The notes beneath the pieces were generated by a model. That model saw nothing but the letters and a program-made list of their open reading frames with translations. It was not told the origin of the DNA and did no database searches. Below, piece by piece: positions 1 to 12,991 of a stretch of 64,000 nt of DNA. How positions within the stretch are numbered: position 1 is the stretch's first letter; each line of letters starts with the position of its first letter. Both the position numbers and the translations under genes were made by a program. Origin of the DNA: Lama glama (taxonomy: Eukaryota); NCBI GenBank assembly GCA_028534125.1, contig CM052841.1, forward strand, positions 67,642,001 to 67,706,000. Direction: 5' to 3'.

Positions 1-1317
<1,317 letters not shown>

Positions 1318-2276
1318 GAGCGGGAGCCCGCCCCCAGAGCAACCTCGTGACCTCAGTGCGCCGCCTGTGGGTGTCCTGGACAGTGAAGGCCCCTCGTCCC
1401 CCCCACCCCCGACCTCGTCTGCGCCCGGCCTCGCGCCGGGCCCGCCCCTCGCCCAGAGAGAGCAAAGGGAAAGAGCCGCGTCCCCACCCGGAGCCGAATC
1501 ACATGACCTAGACGTCCCACAGCCGCCGCCGCTTCCTCCGGCCCTTCCCTCTGCGCTGCGCTCCCCGGGGAAGGGGACGGCCATGCGTCCTGCCCCGGCC
1601 CGGGATCTCTTCCCGGAGAGCCCACGGGGTGCGGGAGGGGCTGCAGTGTTTGGAGATCACGGCGTTTTTTTTTTTTAATTCAACTTGAAGATGTGCGTTT
1701 CCCCCGACCTTCAAAAGTCGTCCGAGGCCTGCCTTGCAAAGGTTACCCCGCCCTCCAGAGCCTCCGTCTTAACAAGATCCATTCACGGGCCAAATGTCAT
1801 TCCGCACGTGCCTTTCCGATGGATTAAAGGTGCTTTTGTTTTTGTGAGTTTTAAGTAAATATTTGTATTGTATTGTCCTAACGTTCAGTGTCCCTGACTT
1901 TCAATCACGCACGGGAACCCAGCTGCAGTCCCACTGGGAGAATTGGACAAGCAGGCGGGGCGTCCACTCTGGGATGCAGTGCACAGCCCGTCTGCTCGGG
2001 GGTGGGGCATAAACGGGAAGTTTGCCAGGGCAGCAGGGACTCACCCCAGCCCTGAAAAGGCAGGCGCCAGTGCCCTTTCAGACACATTTTTGATTAGCTC
2101 TGGATTTTTGTTTTAAAGGGGAGAAAAAAAAGGATCCTATACATTGCCTTTCCCACGTACGCTTAGAGGAAAACACAGACTTAAATTCATTGCAACTGCT
2201 TCCTTGTTCCATTTTCCTTCCTGCAGAGCCAGGGCAGGGAGACCCCATTTCCTGCAGACGATGACTTAACGATAAT

Positions 2277-2592
2277 TGGTGCTGATTTTTACGCTCCTCT
2301 TTTGTGGTGCTATCTGTTGAGATCTCCTTGAAGGCGGCACGGGGGGCACCTGGCCGAGCCGTGCCCCGTTCTCCTGTCTTCCCCGCTCCTGGCTCTCGCC
2401 CCCACCACCCGGGGTTTTGCCAAGGCTGCTGAGAAGGACGCAGGTCCGCTCGCTGTCCTCCCCGGTAGCGGTGACGCTGCCCCGGGCCCAGGCCCAGGAT
2501 CAGGCTGCGCTTCTGTGATTTGACAACACACACGCACGCGCCCCACAGACGCTCTCCGTGTGGTCCGCGTGTGACGAACGTTTGTGGTGCTA
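2277..2592 (+). promoter_or_regulatory. Cluster of miR-29 seed-match sites in the COL5A1 3'UTR
   Basis: TGGTGCT at 2277-2283 (7mer-m8); TGGTGCTA at 2305-2312 and 2585-2592 (8mers); 6mer GGTGCT near 1829 and 2977. miR-29 repression of fibrillar collagen mRNAs is established knowledge. Confidence 0.8.
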
Positions 2593-3396
2593 ATATCTGT
2601 GTTTGTTCCGAGAACTGAATTGAAGCTGCATGGGGCGTCTCAGCTGGGCTGCCGTGCCGTCGGCGTCTCGGCAGACAGACAAATGTGCAATGAACTCTGA
2701 GTCCCTCCGGGGCTGCCAGCGGTGCCTCGTCCCCACCAAAGCAATTTGGAGTTTTCCATCTGCAAATGTCCCCAGGCGCAGGTCTCAGCTGCGAGGAAGC
2801 TCGGGGCTGGCCGGCCCGTCCTGCCCCCTCCTCCTGGAGCAAGGACCGGGACCTGCAGGCCGGCGAGGAAAGGCGATCCCTTTACTGTGAAAAGCTGCCC
2901 TCGTGCAATGCCCTTTCCTTCCATGACGGGAGAAGCCAGACAGGCCCTCGGGAGGAGCCGTGACGGTCCCGGTTCCGGTGCTGCCCTCGCCCGCCCTGCC
3001 CCGTCGGAACGTGGCTCCAGCCTGGGAAGCCCCAGCAAAGCACCCCGGGAGCAAGGGAGCACCGCCGGCGAGGCCTCCCCGAGGGCCGGAGACCCAGGCT
3101 CGCTCTCGCCGAACAGAAGTCTGGCTTCGAGGTTCTCCCAGATCCTGGACGCCAGCGTCTGCCGACGGCCTTCTCCCTCATCCCTTCAAAAGAAAAGCCA
3201 TATCAGAGCGGTGCCGCCCGCGGCCTGCGGGCTCTGTCTAGGTCATGTGATTCCGTTCTGGTTTCTCGTCCCGCCCGAGTTCTCCTTTTGTTCTGTCCAT
3301 CTTTTCCTTCCGTTGGTCCCTTTGAAGCCGTTGTGATTTGTACTGAAGTCAAAATGTGTCCCATTCTCCCCAGAACACTTGGCTATTGTGTATTGC

Positions 3397-3402
3397 AATA
3401 AA
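3397..3402 (+). terminator. Polyadenylation signal (AATAAA), COL5A1
   Basis: AATAAA in an AT-rich context, followed by U-rich sequence (ttttatttttt). Confidence 0.7.
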
Positions 3403-3687
3403 ATTGCTTCTTATATTTGCAGAAATCCTTTTGGCGTAATTTTATTTTTTCCCCCTTAATCTATATAATCGGACACGTGGACAAAAAGTAAAAGCAGACA
3501 GTAAAAAGAAAGCCCACGGGGAAGATTTAAGACACTAGGCCCTTCAGAACAGAATGTCAGGTGACACGCCGTGCGTCCCCGGAAACTCCAGCAGACGTGT
3601 TCACACATTTTAACTGTAACGCCCGGGAAGGGTGTTCTTACGAGATTTTAAAGCTTTGTAACAGAGGAATAATTGTCACTGCTTTTC

Positions 3688-3693
3688 AATAAA
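3688..3693 (+). terminator. Distal polyadenylation signal (AATAAA), COL5A1
   Basis: AATAAA followed by GU/U-rich downstream sequence (gtgtgattggctgtcttctt); the AT-rich UTR character ends here. Confidence 0.75.
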
Positions 3694-6581
3694 TCCAGTC
3701 TCCTGTTTCCACCGTCAACAGGTGTGATTGGCTGTCTTCTTAAGTGTGGCCAAGGCCTTCCCCTGCTCAGACTGACATGTGGCCCCAGGCTCAGCGACAG
3801 TAGGAAAACTCTCAGGTCCTGGCAATGGTCACAGGAAGAGGAAAGGCGGCCCTGCCCAGGCCGCGGGAGCTCTTCCTCGGAGGAGGGGGCAGTGGGCCTC
3901 CCGCGGACAGAGCTGTTCCCTGGGGCGCCCTCGGGATGTGGTCAAGCACCAGGCCTCCAGGCTTCCTGGGGGCGTTTCCACAGCCTTGAGCATCCAGACC
4001 TCCGGGGTGTGTGGGGCGCACCTCGCCCTGGGCAGTCGGCGTCCTGGGGCCGGCCGCAGGTCCCCGCGTCCCCCACTCTGCTGTCCAGCTTCATAGTGGG
4101 GTCATACTGCCCAGCCCCCGGGGCCAGAGTGGGGTGCGTGGCTCGTCCTGGCCACTGACCCTGAGCAGAAGCGCCGGCAAGTCTGATGTAGTGGTTCCCT
4201 CTCTTGTCACCAGCCATGAGCCTCCCCGGCAGGTTCCCAGAGGGAGCTGTCCCCGGCCAACCTGCCGTGCGCTTGCAGCAGGAGCCAGACACACATTGTC
4301 ATGTTCAGCCCCTGACAGTGGGGACTGTTGTTGCTGCAGCAACACCTAGACTCCATGGCTCTCAAAGCACGGTCCGGGGGCCAGCGGCAGCCGCGTCGTC
4401 TCCTTGCTAGCAGCGCAGCCTCCCAGGGCCCGGAGGCAGGCCTTCTGCACCAGACACTTCGCAAGAGGCCGCGTTATCTGTGTGCTGACAAGGCTGCTGG
4501 GTGATTCCGGCGCTCACCTGGGTTGGGGATCCACTGGCCTGCACAGCCCTGGAGTAACAGGAACGGGAAGCCAGAGTGGGGAATTCCCTTCACAGCAGCA
4601 GCGCGAGTTGGCAGGTCCTGCTGTCGGGTGTGGAGGCAGGGACTGTGCTCAGCGGGCGGAAGGCTCCCTGTCTCCAGGGACAGAACCCACGTGGTCAGAT
4701 TGCTGTCTGCTGCCGGCGAGGGCTTGCGGGCAGTCACAGCGTGTGACCTGGGGAGAGGTCGCAACGAGGCCGGTGCCGCAGGCTGGGCGCGCTCGCCCGC
4801 GCTTGTCTTGAAAGGATGCAGGACGCGCAGACTTGAGGATTTTCAGAGCCGGAAAAGACAACTTTCTCAGCAGCCACTGAGACGCTAAAGACGAAACTGA
4901 GAAACGCTTTGCGGGACCAACGCCGAGTAAGCGCGTCCATCACAGGCGGGAGCAGCGCGTCTGCGGTGGAAGCCTCGGCGCCGTCACAGCACCCACAGGT
5001 GGCTCCGGAAACAGCTGGCCCTCCCGCCAAGCCGGCCAGGTCTGCAGCTGCCGCAGGGAAGCCAAGACGGGGCCCGCGGGGAGGGTGGGAGCCACGGGCC
5101 AGGCGCTGGCCCTGGGGGCCAGCTGGAGCTGCTCGCCTGCAGGAGGGAGGAGTCCTACTCGGAGCCACCAGCCTGGCCTGAGTCAGCCACCGAGACTTAC
5201 AGTGACTCCCAGGCCGCCGGGGCCGCACGGGCCCTCCGGTGCCCCACAGTCTGGGTGAGGGACACCCAGGAAGGCCAGGGGCCGCCTCCCCTCACTGGAG
5301 GCAGGTGAACCTCAAAGGTGAGGGGCTGAGCCTGGGAAGAGGAGAGGGAGGAGGGTAGCAATTGAGACCGTCGGGTCCTGTGTGAGACCCCTCTGGGGCG
5401 AGGCCGACAGAGCCCCCGCTTCTCTGCGCCTCTTCCCTGACCCTGGAAACCTAGCTATGGAAGCTCCTGCCCGTGGCGGGGCTGGAGGATGAGAGCGCGC
5501 GGGTGCTGGTGCAGCCCGGAGCCTGGACTCAGAGAGCGCTCCCACGGGCGCATCCCTGGGGGTGGGAGCAGCGAAGCCGGACCACGCGGGTACCGCTCTC
5601 CCAGCACAGGGCCCCTCCCCTGCACCCACCATCACGTCCCCAGCAATTCACCCGCAGGAGCTCGCCGAGCACCCGTGGCCGCCCACACTGGGCTGGGTCT
5701 TCTGGAGATGCGGGCTGAGTCATGACACCGGCCTTTGCTTCCCGAACTGGGAGAGGTGGGGGCAATGGAAATGATGGTACCGGCCTGGGTCTCGACTGCA
5801 AAGGGGCTGAGCAGCCTCAGTGCCCGGCACCTGCCTCGGGAGCCCTGGAGGGATGGGCCGCGGGGCCCCGGCAGGAGCTGGGTCCTGGCCGGCCGCCTGC
5901 TCTTCAGCATCCCCAGGGGCTGCGTTAGTCTTTGCTGAATGAGGCAAAATATCTGTCCCCACAAAAAGGAAAGCAGGTCGTTGTTCACTGTCTGGAGACG
6001 GAATTGATTCAAGCTTCCCGTGTTGGAAGAGACACTTCTGTGCCCCGCGTCTCAGCGCTGCTGCCCCGTGCCCTAGGGCGTCCTCGGAGAGGGAGGAAGG
6101 ATGGAGGGCAAGGGCGAGTACACCCGCTGGGCCTGGGCAGGGGGCTTTGCTGCAGAGCTGCGGCCCCTCGCGCCAGGGGTCAGGGCGAACGTCTTTCCAC
6201 ATCTGCCAGGGCTCCTGACCTCCAAGAGCTGAGCGTGACCGCAGCCTGCCTCGGGCAGCGCCTCCATTTGGGTGGCGAGTGGGCGTGGAGACACCTGCCT
6301 GTCTCCGCCAACCTGCCTGGTTGGGGCCCAGGGGGGCTGGGATCGTACTGACTTCTTGGTCCAGGACAGGCTGGCGGCTGGGCAGGGCCTGAGCCTGGGA
6401 GAGCCAGCTCATCTCCTCCTGCGGGGGGACCCCCGCCCTCCTCCGGGTAAGGAGGGAGGAGGGGGCAGTGGCAGCTCAGGGAGCCTTCCCTCGGGGGAGG
6501 ACTCCTGCAGGAAGCGCGCTCCCCCACCCGCCTCCCTTGCCCCGACCGCCCCTCCCACCCCCTGAAGGTTCTGCCACTGCG

Positions 6582-6670
6582 CATTCATTCATTCGATGGC
6601 AGCTTATCGAGGGCCTGCCCTTTGCCAGGCACCGACACCCAAAGCGGGGCGACAAGCACCACAGGTGGGT
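6582..6670 (-). mobile_element. L2 LINE 3'-end fragment
   Basis: cattcattcattc...ttatcgagggcctgccctttgccaggcacc resembles the L2 terminus CATTCATTCATTCAACAAATATTTATTGAGCACCTACTATGTGCCAGGCAC. Confidence 0.55.
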
Positions 6671-9428
6671 ATGATTTAGCTGTGTTGACTCAAAAACGCG
6701 GTGGAGTGGAAATGGGAGCAAGGGAAAAGCAGGCCTGGCGACGGGTCAGGACTCCGAGTGCACAGCCCACCAGCGCCCAGGGCGCACGTAGGAGGGAGGC
6801 AGGCCGACCTGGAGCTGGAGGACGTTCGTCTGGACGTCCCCCAAGATGTGGTCTGGGTGGAGGGGCCGGCAGGACGCACCGGGAGCCCCAGCCAGGACAA
6901 CATCCTTTCCGGTAACCCCCAGGAGCAAATCCTTCAACAGACCCACAAGCACAAAATATTCTGCCTCCCACCGCTCCCCCCGCAGCTGACAAACGGCTCT
7001 CCCGCAGACTCGGGAGAGCCCGTCCCAGGCGTGTGCTGGGGGCGACGTGCTCGGCAGCACGAGGACTTGCTGCGCCTTGGACTTTCTCAGGTTCGAAACT
7101 CCTAGACGGGGAGGCCTCGGTGGGCCGGGCTGTTTAAAAGACCCTAATTACGGGAGACAGACCAAGCGAGGATGCCACGTTCAGCGTTTGTGCTGTGTGT
7201 GGCCCCGTAACAAACTCCGCCTAAACGCAGAGGGAGGCAGCGCCCCGTGTCCTCTCACCCTTCCGCGGGGCAGCAGCCTGGGCACAGCTGGCTCGGCCCG
7301 CACCTCCGGACTGCTAACAAACCGCGGGCCGGGACCCGCGCCTGTGACTGAGTCTCAGCTGGAGGCTCAACCGGGGGAAGATTCCACGAGATGCGTGTTT
7401 ATGGGACCTGAATGCAAACCCTGGGTGTGCTCCTCAGGCACGCGTTAGCCCCGCAGGCTGCAGACAGGGCGGCGGGGAGATGTCCAGCTGCCTGGTTTCT
7501 TCATCTGTCACACCCAGGCCAGGGGGCCAGATGTGACCAGGCCCGAGGGGCCTTCTGTGCAGGAGCGTCAGCACCCAGCTGCATGGCAGCTCGCTTCCCG
7601 GCACCAGCCACACCTGTGCACCCGCTGTGTGCTGGACAAGCGATCTCAGGACCCTGGGCACGGCCCCTCTGATGTGACTCGGGGAGCAACTGCCAAGGGC
7701 CCAGCCCCCGCGAGGGGCGCAGCCCTGGGCCGGCCAGTGAGCGGACAAAGGGATAGGAGGACACCCTTTTCACAATGAGCTCAGGTCCACTGGCAGGGAC
7801 TGGACTCCCAGCCAGTACGCTGGGAACCACCCAGAGGTGACAGACCCATAGGCGGAGGGGCGGTTGGCCCAGGATGGGCTGGAGTGTGCGGGAGGAGGTG
7901 TGGCCGAGCCTCAGACCGGAGGGCGGAATTCAGGGATGCACAGGAGACGCCTTTGGAATTCCTCAGGCATGACTCTGTGATGCCAGTCAGTCTGTCTGTC
8001 TGCCTGCCTGCCAAAAGATGGGAATGCTTGTCAGTAGAACGGGCCCTTTGCCCTTGAAGGCTGGACGCTGGAGCTGGTTCTCTGACATCCGGAAGATGAG
8101 AAAGAAAGATGATTGGGGAGGGGCCATGGCTTGGCAGAAGGAGCCTCATTTTCCACGGCTGCAGCCAAGGCAGCAGGGGTAGGGGCATAGCATCGGGCCA
8201 GCTCGATCCAGCCCCCACCTTGGCCACGGCAAATGCTACAGGGATGTGAACACGGAGGGGATGCAGCCCCTGCCCTCGGGGGCCCACCATGTGGGGGAGA
8301 CCCTCGTGCACATGGGAGTGGGGCTGTGGGGTGTTGGCTGCTTGTCCCCCAGCCCCACTGCCCATCGGGCACCCACAGGCCATGGTGAGGGGCACAGACT
8401 CGTGGAGAGGAGTGGGGTCCCTGCAAACGGCCGCCATCAGAGGCTTCACGGGGCCGAGGACATATAGCAAGAGGGAACAGAGGGAGGATATAAACCAAAC
8501 AGCGCGATGGGAGACCCAGCACAGCCGTGCCAGCCGTCACACTGCACGCGATCGGCGGAGCCAGGCAGCGGGGGTGAGGACGCAGGAGTCAGGACGTGCA
8601 GCTGGTGGGAGACACCACGTTGGAACAAGCAGGTTGGAAGGAAAGAACGAAAAACACTCAAACCAACAGGAGCCATGACGCAGGCGCTTTCCGGAGCCTC
8701 AGTCCGGGGTCCTGCGTTCTCAGCAGCGCCTGCAGGAGCTCCCTGGTCCCACAACCAGGCTGGTTCCCAGTGACCCTGGCGGGTGGACGGCCCAGGCCGC
8801 GGGCTGGCGGACGGCAGGGGCGAGCGGGGCGCCTCACCCCAGCCCGATGCACCACCACGGGGCCCTCCGCACTCTTCCCCCGCCCCCACCCCAGGGGCTG
8901 GGACGAGGGTCCCCTCAGGACCGCAGCCTGTCTGAAGGTAACAGACACACGCCACAGGCATGGGGCCCCGGAGGCCCTGCTGGGCGGGGAGGTGCCGGCG
9001 GGAGCGGCCGGGGTGGACAGTTACCACCACCGTGTACGAGGTCGCGGGGTCTCAGGCTGTACCTGCGTCAGTGTGAGTGACCGCCAGTGGTAACTCTGCT
9101 TCCACTTCCTGTCTCAAGTTACATCAAACCTCACGTTCTGTTGGGGCCGTGCCATCGCTCATCTGATCATTGTCTGTCTTCTCTCAATAGAGCAGCTTCC
9201 AAGCGTCTTGGGACCACCTTCTCTGTCCCCCCGTGTCACAGGCCCAGACCGGCGCCCGGCACATCGCACAGGCGCTCACTGAACATCCCTCTTCTGTCTG
9301 CTGCGGGGCCAGCAGAACTGGGAGCCGAATTCCTGTGCCCTGGCCCAGGGACTGCCTTTGGAGCACCAGCGCTGCAGAGTTCTGAAGTTCTGGAGCAGGA
9401 ACAGCCCCCGAGGGCAAGGCAGCCAGTC

Positions 9429-9889
9429 TGTACAGGGACAGGAGTGTGGGGGAGGGGACGGCGTGTCCCGGGGCCCGGCCAGAGCCGGGACGGCCCCGCC
9501 ACGTGAGGGTCCTTGGCTTCCCGCAGGAAGGCGTCCGGGAGTCAGCCGCAGTCGAGTGGGGGTGGATTTACTCAGAGACACACGCTCCACAGACAGAGCG
9601 CAGCCTCCCAGAGACCAGAGGGGGCCGTGCTGAGCGGGGGCTGGCGTTTACGGGCTGAGGACCATCGTAGGCTGACAGGTGCGGGGGCGGGGATTCCCAG
9701 GAATCGGGCCTTTCCTGGTCAGCCTGCCCGGGGCGTCCTGGCGCCTGTGAGGGCCCTCCCCCTGCTGATGTAGTGCAGTGAGCGCATCGTGCAGCTCAAG
9801 GTCACAGGGAGTCGACTCTCCCGCCACCTTGGTGCTAATGGCTGGGCCATCCCTTGGCTGGCTGTGCCCTGCCCCCTCCCTCTGTCTCA
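9429..9889 (-). mobile_element. ERV1 solo LTR, MER41-like (copy A)
   Basis: The minus strand begins TGAGACAGAGGGAGGGGGCAGGGCACAGCC, like the recalled cetartiodactyl MER41-type LTR start. Homologous along its length to copies at 48381-48883 and 50641-51088. Confidence 0.7.
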
Positions 9890-10309
9890 CCGTGACCAGA
9901 CTTTAGTCTTTGATCACTGCCCTGGGATCGACCCTTCTCTTGCTGTGTGAGCAGGCCTTCAGCCCCAGGGGCGCCTCCCAGGGGGCTGGGACTGTCTCGT
10001 TCCTGTGCAGGGGCCAGGAAAGAGGCTTCTAAGCCACTCACGGTGCAGGTGGAGACGTGTCCGGGGAGCTGGAGGGCAGGTGTGGGAGTCGGGACGGGGA
10101 GGAGGGTGGGAGGGGCCCGAGGACCCCGCGAGCCACCGGGGAGCCCTCATCCTGGCTCACCACCCTGGGCAGCCTCTGTCCTTCTCTGGGCTCAGCTGCC
10201 CACCCCTGGCTAGAGAAGCCCCCGCGGCTCCCCCGCTGAGCAGCGCCTGCTCCGTGAGCGTGAGCGTGAGCCCGTCTCTCCTCGCGGAGCTCCGCCGCTA
10301 GTTTTGGTT

Positions 10310-10880
10310 TCCCTTCTTGTGCAGAGATTACTCAGTGTGCTACCACCTTTTAAAATTAATCCGCATGCAATTTGTTCAATTTATTAAACTTGTGAATTCA
10401 GAAGTCCACTGGTTCCTTAAGCTTTCAAGCTGCGCTTATGAACCGTATGCTACACGTAACAGGCACTTATTTCGGGCCAGGCATGAGGGCCCAGGCACAT
10501 TTTAATAAACTTTGCAGAGGCTTACAGATAATTTTTGCTTCACTCATTGACTCAGTTAACAGCTTTAAACATTTTAATTGCATTTTCAACTTGGATATAT
10601 ACAAATTTGTGTTTGCCAGGTTGTCTGCCTTTGACGAGAGCTTCCGAGTCTAAGCTAATTTTTAGAAATCTGCTAATGTAAACCTGCGAACGGGATGGCT
10701 CGGGGGTCTCTGAACAACAAACTGTAAACGCGGCAAGATTCCCACGTAAAATCGTCCCGTTGCTCAAGGTCACATTTTCAACTAGATTATCAGGTTGTTA
10801 CTCCAAGGCCAGACTCTCTTAAATTATGCCAACTCCCAAGTTAACAAATTGACATCAATTTTTATGCTGAAATAGTAACA
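10310..10880. promoter_or_regulatory. AT-rich non-repetitive island, candidate conserved enhancer
   Basis: Sharp compositional switch from GC-rich flanks, with many TAAT/ATTA, forkhead-like (TGTTTGC, GTAAAC), AP-1 (TGACTCA) and nuclear-receptor half-site (TCAAGGTCA) motifs. No repeat family recognised. Function is inferred only. Confidence 0.45.
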
Positions 10881-11772
10881 CCGTGCATGTCAGCTTCTCA
10901 CCTGCGCGCACTGGGCGAGACGCTCACAGCCCGCCAAGTGGGCAGTCCCGACGCACGTGGCCCGGGTGCGGAGGGCCCCTCCAGCCCCGGCTCTGCGGGG
11001 CCTCCCTGCGGTGTGTCCTGCCCCCGCCCAGGGGAGGCCACGTCCCGGGTTCCCCGTGCCTGTCCGGGCAGTGGGACGCCCCCCTCCAAACACAGCACTT
11101 GGGCGCGTTGAGCAGAGCTGACGCTGAGCTGCGGGAGTGCCTAGTGCTCCACAAGGTGACCGTTTTGAGCTGTGGGTACTCGACAAGCAGCAGACGCCGG
11201 GAGAGGCTTTCTCTGAGCTCCCTCCATCTGCCTGAAGACAGATCCTCACGCCTGCTAAACAACACAGCCTAAGGGCTGAGGGTGTTTCGTCTGCAGGGCT
11301 CAAGCCCAGGAGAGGCCTCTCAGGTGGCCCCGAGGGACCGCTCCGAAGAGGCAGGGGAGGAGCCAGGATGCACAGGAGGCTTTGCCACGAAGGCCAGGGA
11401 GTCGGAGCGTGAACAGACGGGTGTTAATTAAAGACCAGGGGCCCCAGGTTCAGGAACTGAGGGCTTGTCTGTGTGCGGGAAGGGGCAAAGGCCTGGGCCA
11501 CTGAAGTCCCTCCTCTGATCCGCCCCTGTGCCGCCCAGGGCCGCGCCCGGTGCCTTCCCACCCTGAGCCCCCAGGGGGCGCCGAGGGGGCCTGCAGGGGC
11601 CGGGCTGCCTGCTCGTCTGCGTCCTGGGCTCCCTCCCCTCACTCGGGGCGGCTGCAATCTCTTCATTCCCGTCTGAAGGGAGTCGGGTTGTCGGCCCGTC
11701 CCCGGACTTTCATCCACCAGGAAGACTGACTCGTCACGACACAGGAGACGAGAGGCGGCACTGCGGCGGGCA

Positions 11773-11820
11773 GGCCCCACAAAGGCCCCACAAAGGCCCC
11801 ACGCCGCCGCCGCCGCCGCC
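11773..11820 (+). repeat. 11-bp tandem repeat (GGCCCCACAAA x~2.7) followed by a (GCC)6 microsatellite
   Basis: Seen directly in the sequence. Confidence 0.8.
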
Positions 11821-12380
11821 CCCCCTCCAGGAGGCCTGCCCGCCCTCCCCGCCGAGAAGGTGCTGAGACCCGGATTCTCAGCCCCCGGGGGCCACTCGTT
11901 CCCCCGTGACTCCGCTGGCGTGGACCAAGGTGGACGTGCGAGGAAGCTTCTCTGCGCGTTTCGCTGGCTGCTCTGCCTTGGTTTACGGGGGCGCAGCTGA
12001 GAACGCAGGGCGGAGGGAGAGCTACTCTTCCTCCCCTGAGAGCAAGCATCTCTGAGCAGCTGCCATAGTCCCGGGCCTCACGCCCCTGGACACTGGTGTG
12101 GTCTCCGATGGACCCTCGATGCTCACGTGACTTTCATGACTTGGGGTCCTGATGCCAACTCCACAGCCGGACAGGGGCTGCCGGGGGTGGGGTGGGGCCC
12201 GGACCTGCCACCTCCATCTCTACTGGGACTCCGGGTAACAGCTGGTTCCAGGATCTGACTCTTCCTTAAGAAGTATGGGAAAATCACCCAGCCTGGTCCC
12301 TCCTGGGGCAGGGGTCAGTGGCCTCCGGGGGTCAGTTTAATGCCCCTCCCCGACCCCAGCCCCACCTCCATGCCCCACAG

Positions 12381-12402
12381 GCCGGAGCAGCTGCAATCTG
12401 AC
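12381..12402 (+). pseudogene. Possible remnant of the ficolin neck exon (PEQLQS)
   Basis: After acceptor ccccacag, CCG GAG CAG CTG CAA TCT = PEQLQS, resembling the recalled pig ficolin neck GEPGQLQSCATG. It sits at the expected position, but the match is short and has no donor. Confidence 0.3.
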
Positions 12403-12659
12403 ACACTACTGGTCTTTCCTCAAAGTCTCAGGGCGCCACCCCTTTGGGATGCCCTGGCCTGGCTCCCGCACTCCTCTCCCCACCAGAAGCCAGCTGCCCA
12501 GCCCGATCCAGGTAAATCCTCACCACACACATCCCTGTCCCAGGCCTCAGAGTCCTCCTCCACCCGTGCAGGTGTCTCTGTTCTCCCCCTCACCCCCCGC
12601 TGCCCCTGCCCTGCCCGGGGCTCCTGGCCTGGCCTCCGCTTCCCGGCTTCCCTTCCCAG

Positions 12660-12785
12660 GACCTGGGACCTGTGAAGAGCTGCTCACCAGGGGACACTTC
12701 CTGAGTGGCTGGCACACCATCTACCTGCCCAGCTGCTGTCCCCTGACCGTGCTGTGACATGGACACGGACGGCGGGGGGTGGACC
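12660..12785 (+). pseudogene. Ficolin pseudo-exon, first fibrinogen-domain exon
   Basis: [32 protein letters not shown], then a 2-bp deletion (CTG TGT GAC to CTG TGA C, creating a stop), then MDTDGGGWT. Donor GTGAG is mutated to ATGAG (12786-12790). Confidence 0.95.
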
Positions 12786-12955
12786 ATGAGTTGGGGGTCC
12801 CCGAGACGGCCGTGTGGTCCTGGGCCAGAGGGGGCCGGGCCAGGAAGTCTCACCTACCGGCTTCTCCACCTGCGGGGAGATCACGTGCGGCCGAGGCCCC
12901 TGGGGCTGGGGGGGCAGCAGGGCCCCGTGTCCCCAGCCCCCTCCCTCCCGCCCAG

Positions 12956-12991
12956 GATTTCCAGCAGAGCCCCGGCCGGGGTCTGTGGTCC
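12956..12991 (+). pseudogene. Truncated remnant of the second fibrinogen-domain exon (VFQRRxDGSVD)
   Basis: Acceptor ctccctcccgcccag, then GAT TTC CAG CAG AGC...GGG TCT GTG GTC, aligning to GTT TTC CAG CGG AGG...GGC TCT GTG GAC. The rest of the exon (FYRDW...GEFWLGN) is not detectable. Confidence 0.55.

Larger units (their letters stand above)
1318..3715 (+). other. COL5A1: COL5A1 3'UTR
   Basis: Contains AT-rich blocks matching the recalled mammalian COL5A1 3'UTR (e.g. ttcaacttgaagatgtg, gttttaagtaaatatttgtattgtattg, tattgcaataaaatt..cttatatttgcagaaat, ttcaataaatc). The 3' end is approximate, set about 20 nt after the distal AATAAA. Confidence 0.88.

Noticed and set aside
12449-12515. Possible ficolin exon 1 ([19 protein letters not shown] followed by GTAAAT)
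   Set aside because: Only loose similarity to a ficolin leader, not hydrophobic, and its position conflicts with the putative neck-exon remnant upstream; likely intronic chance match.
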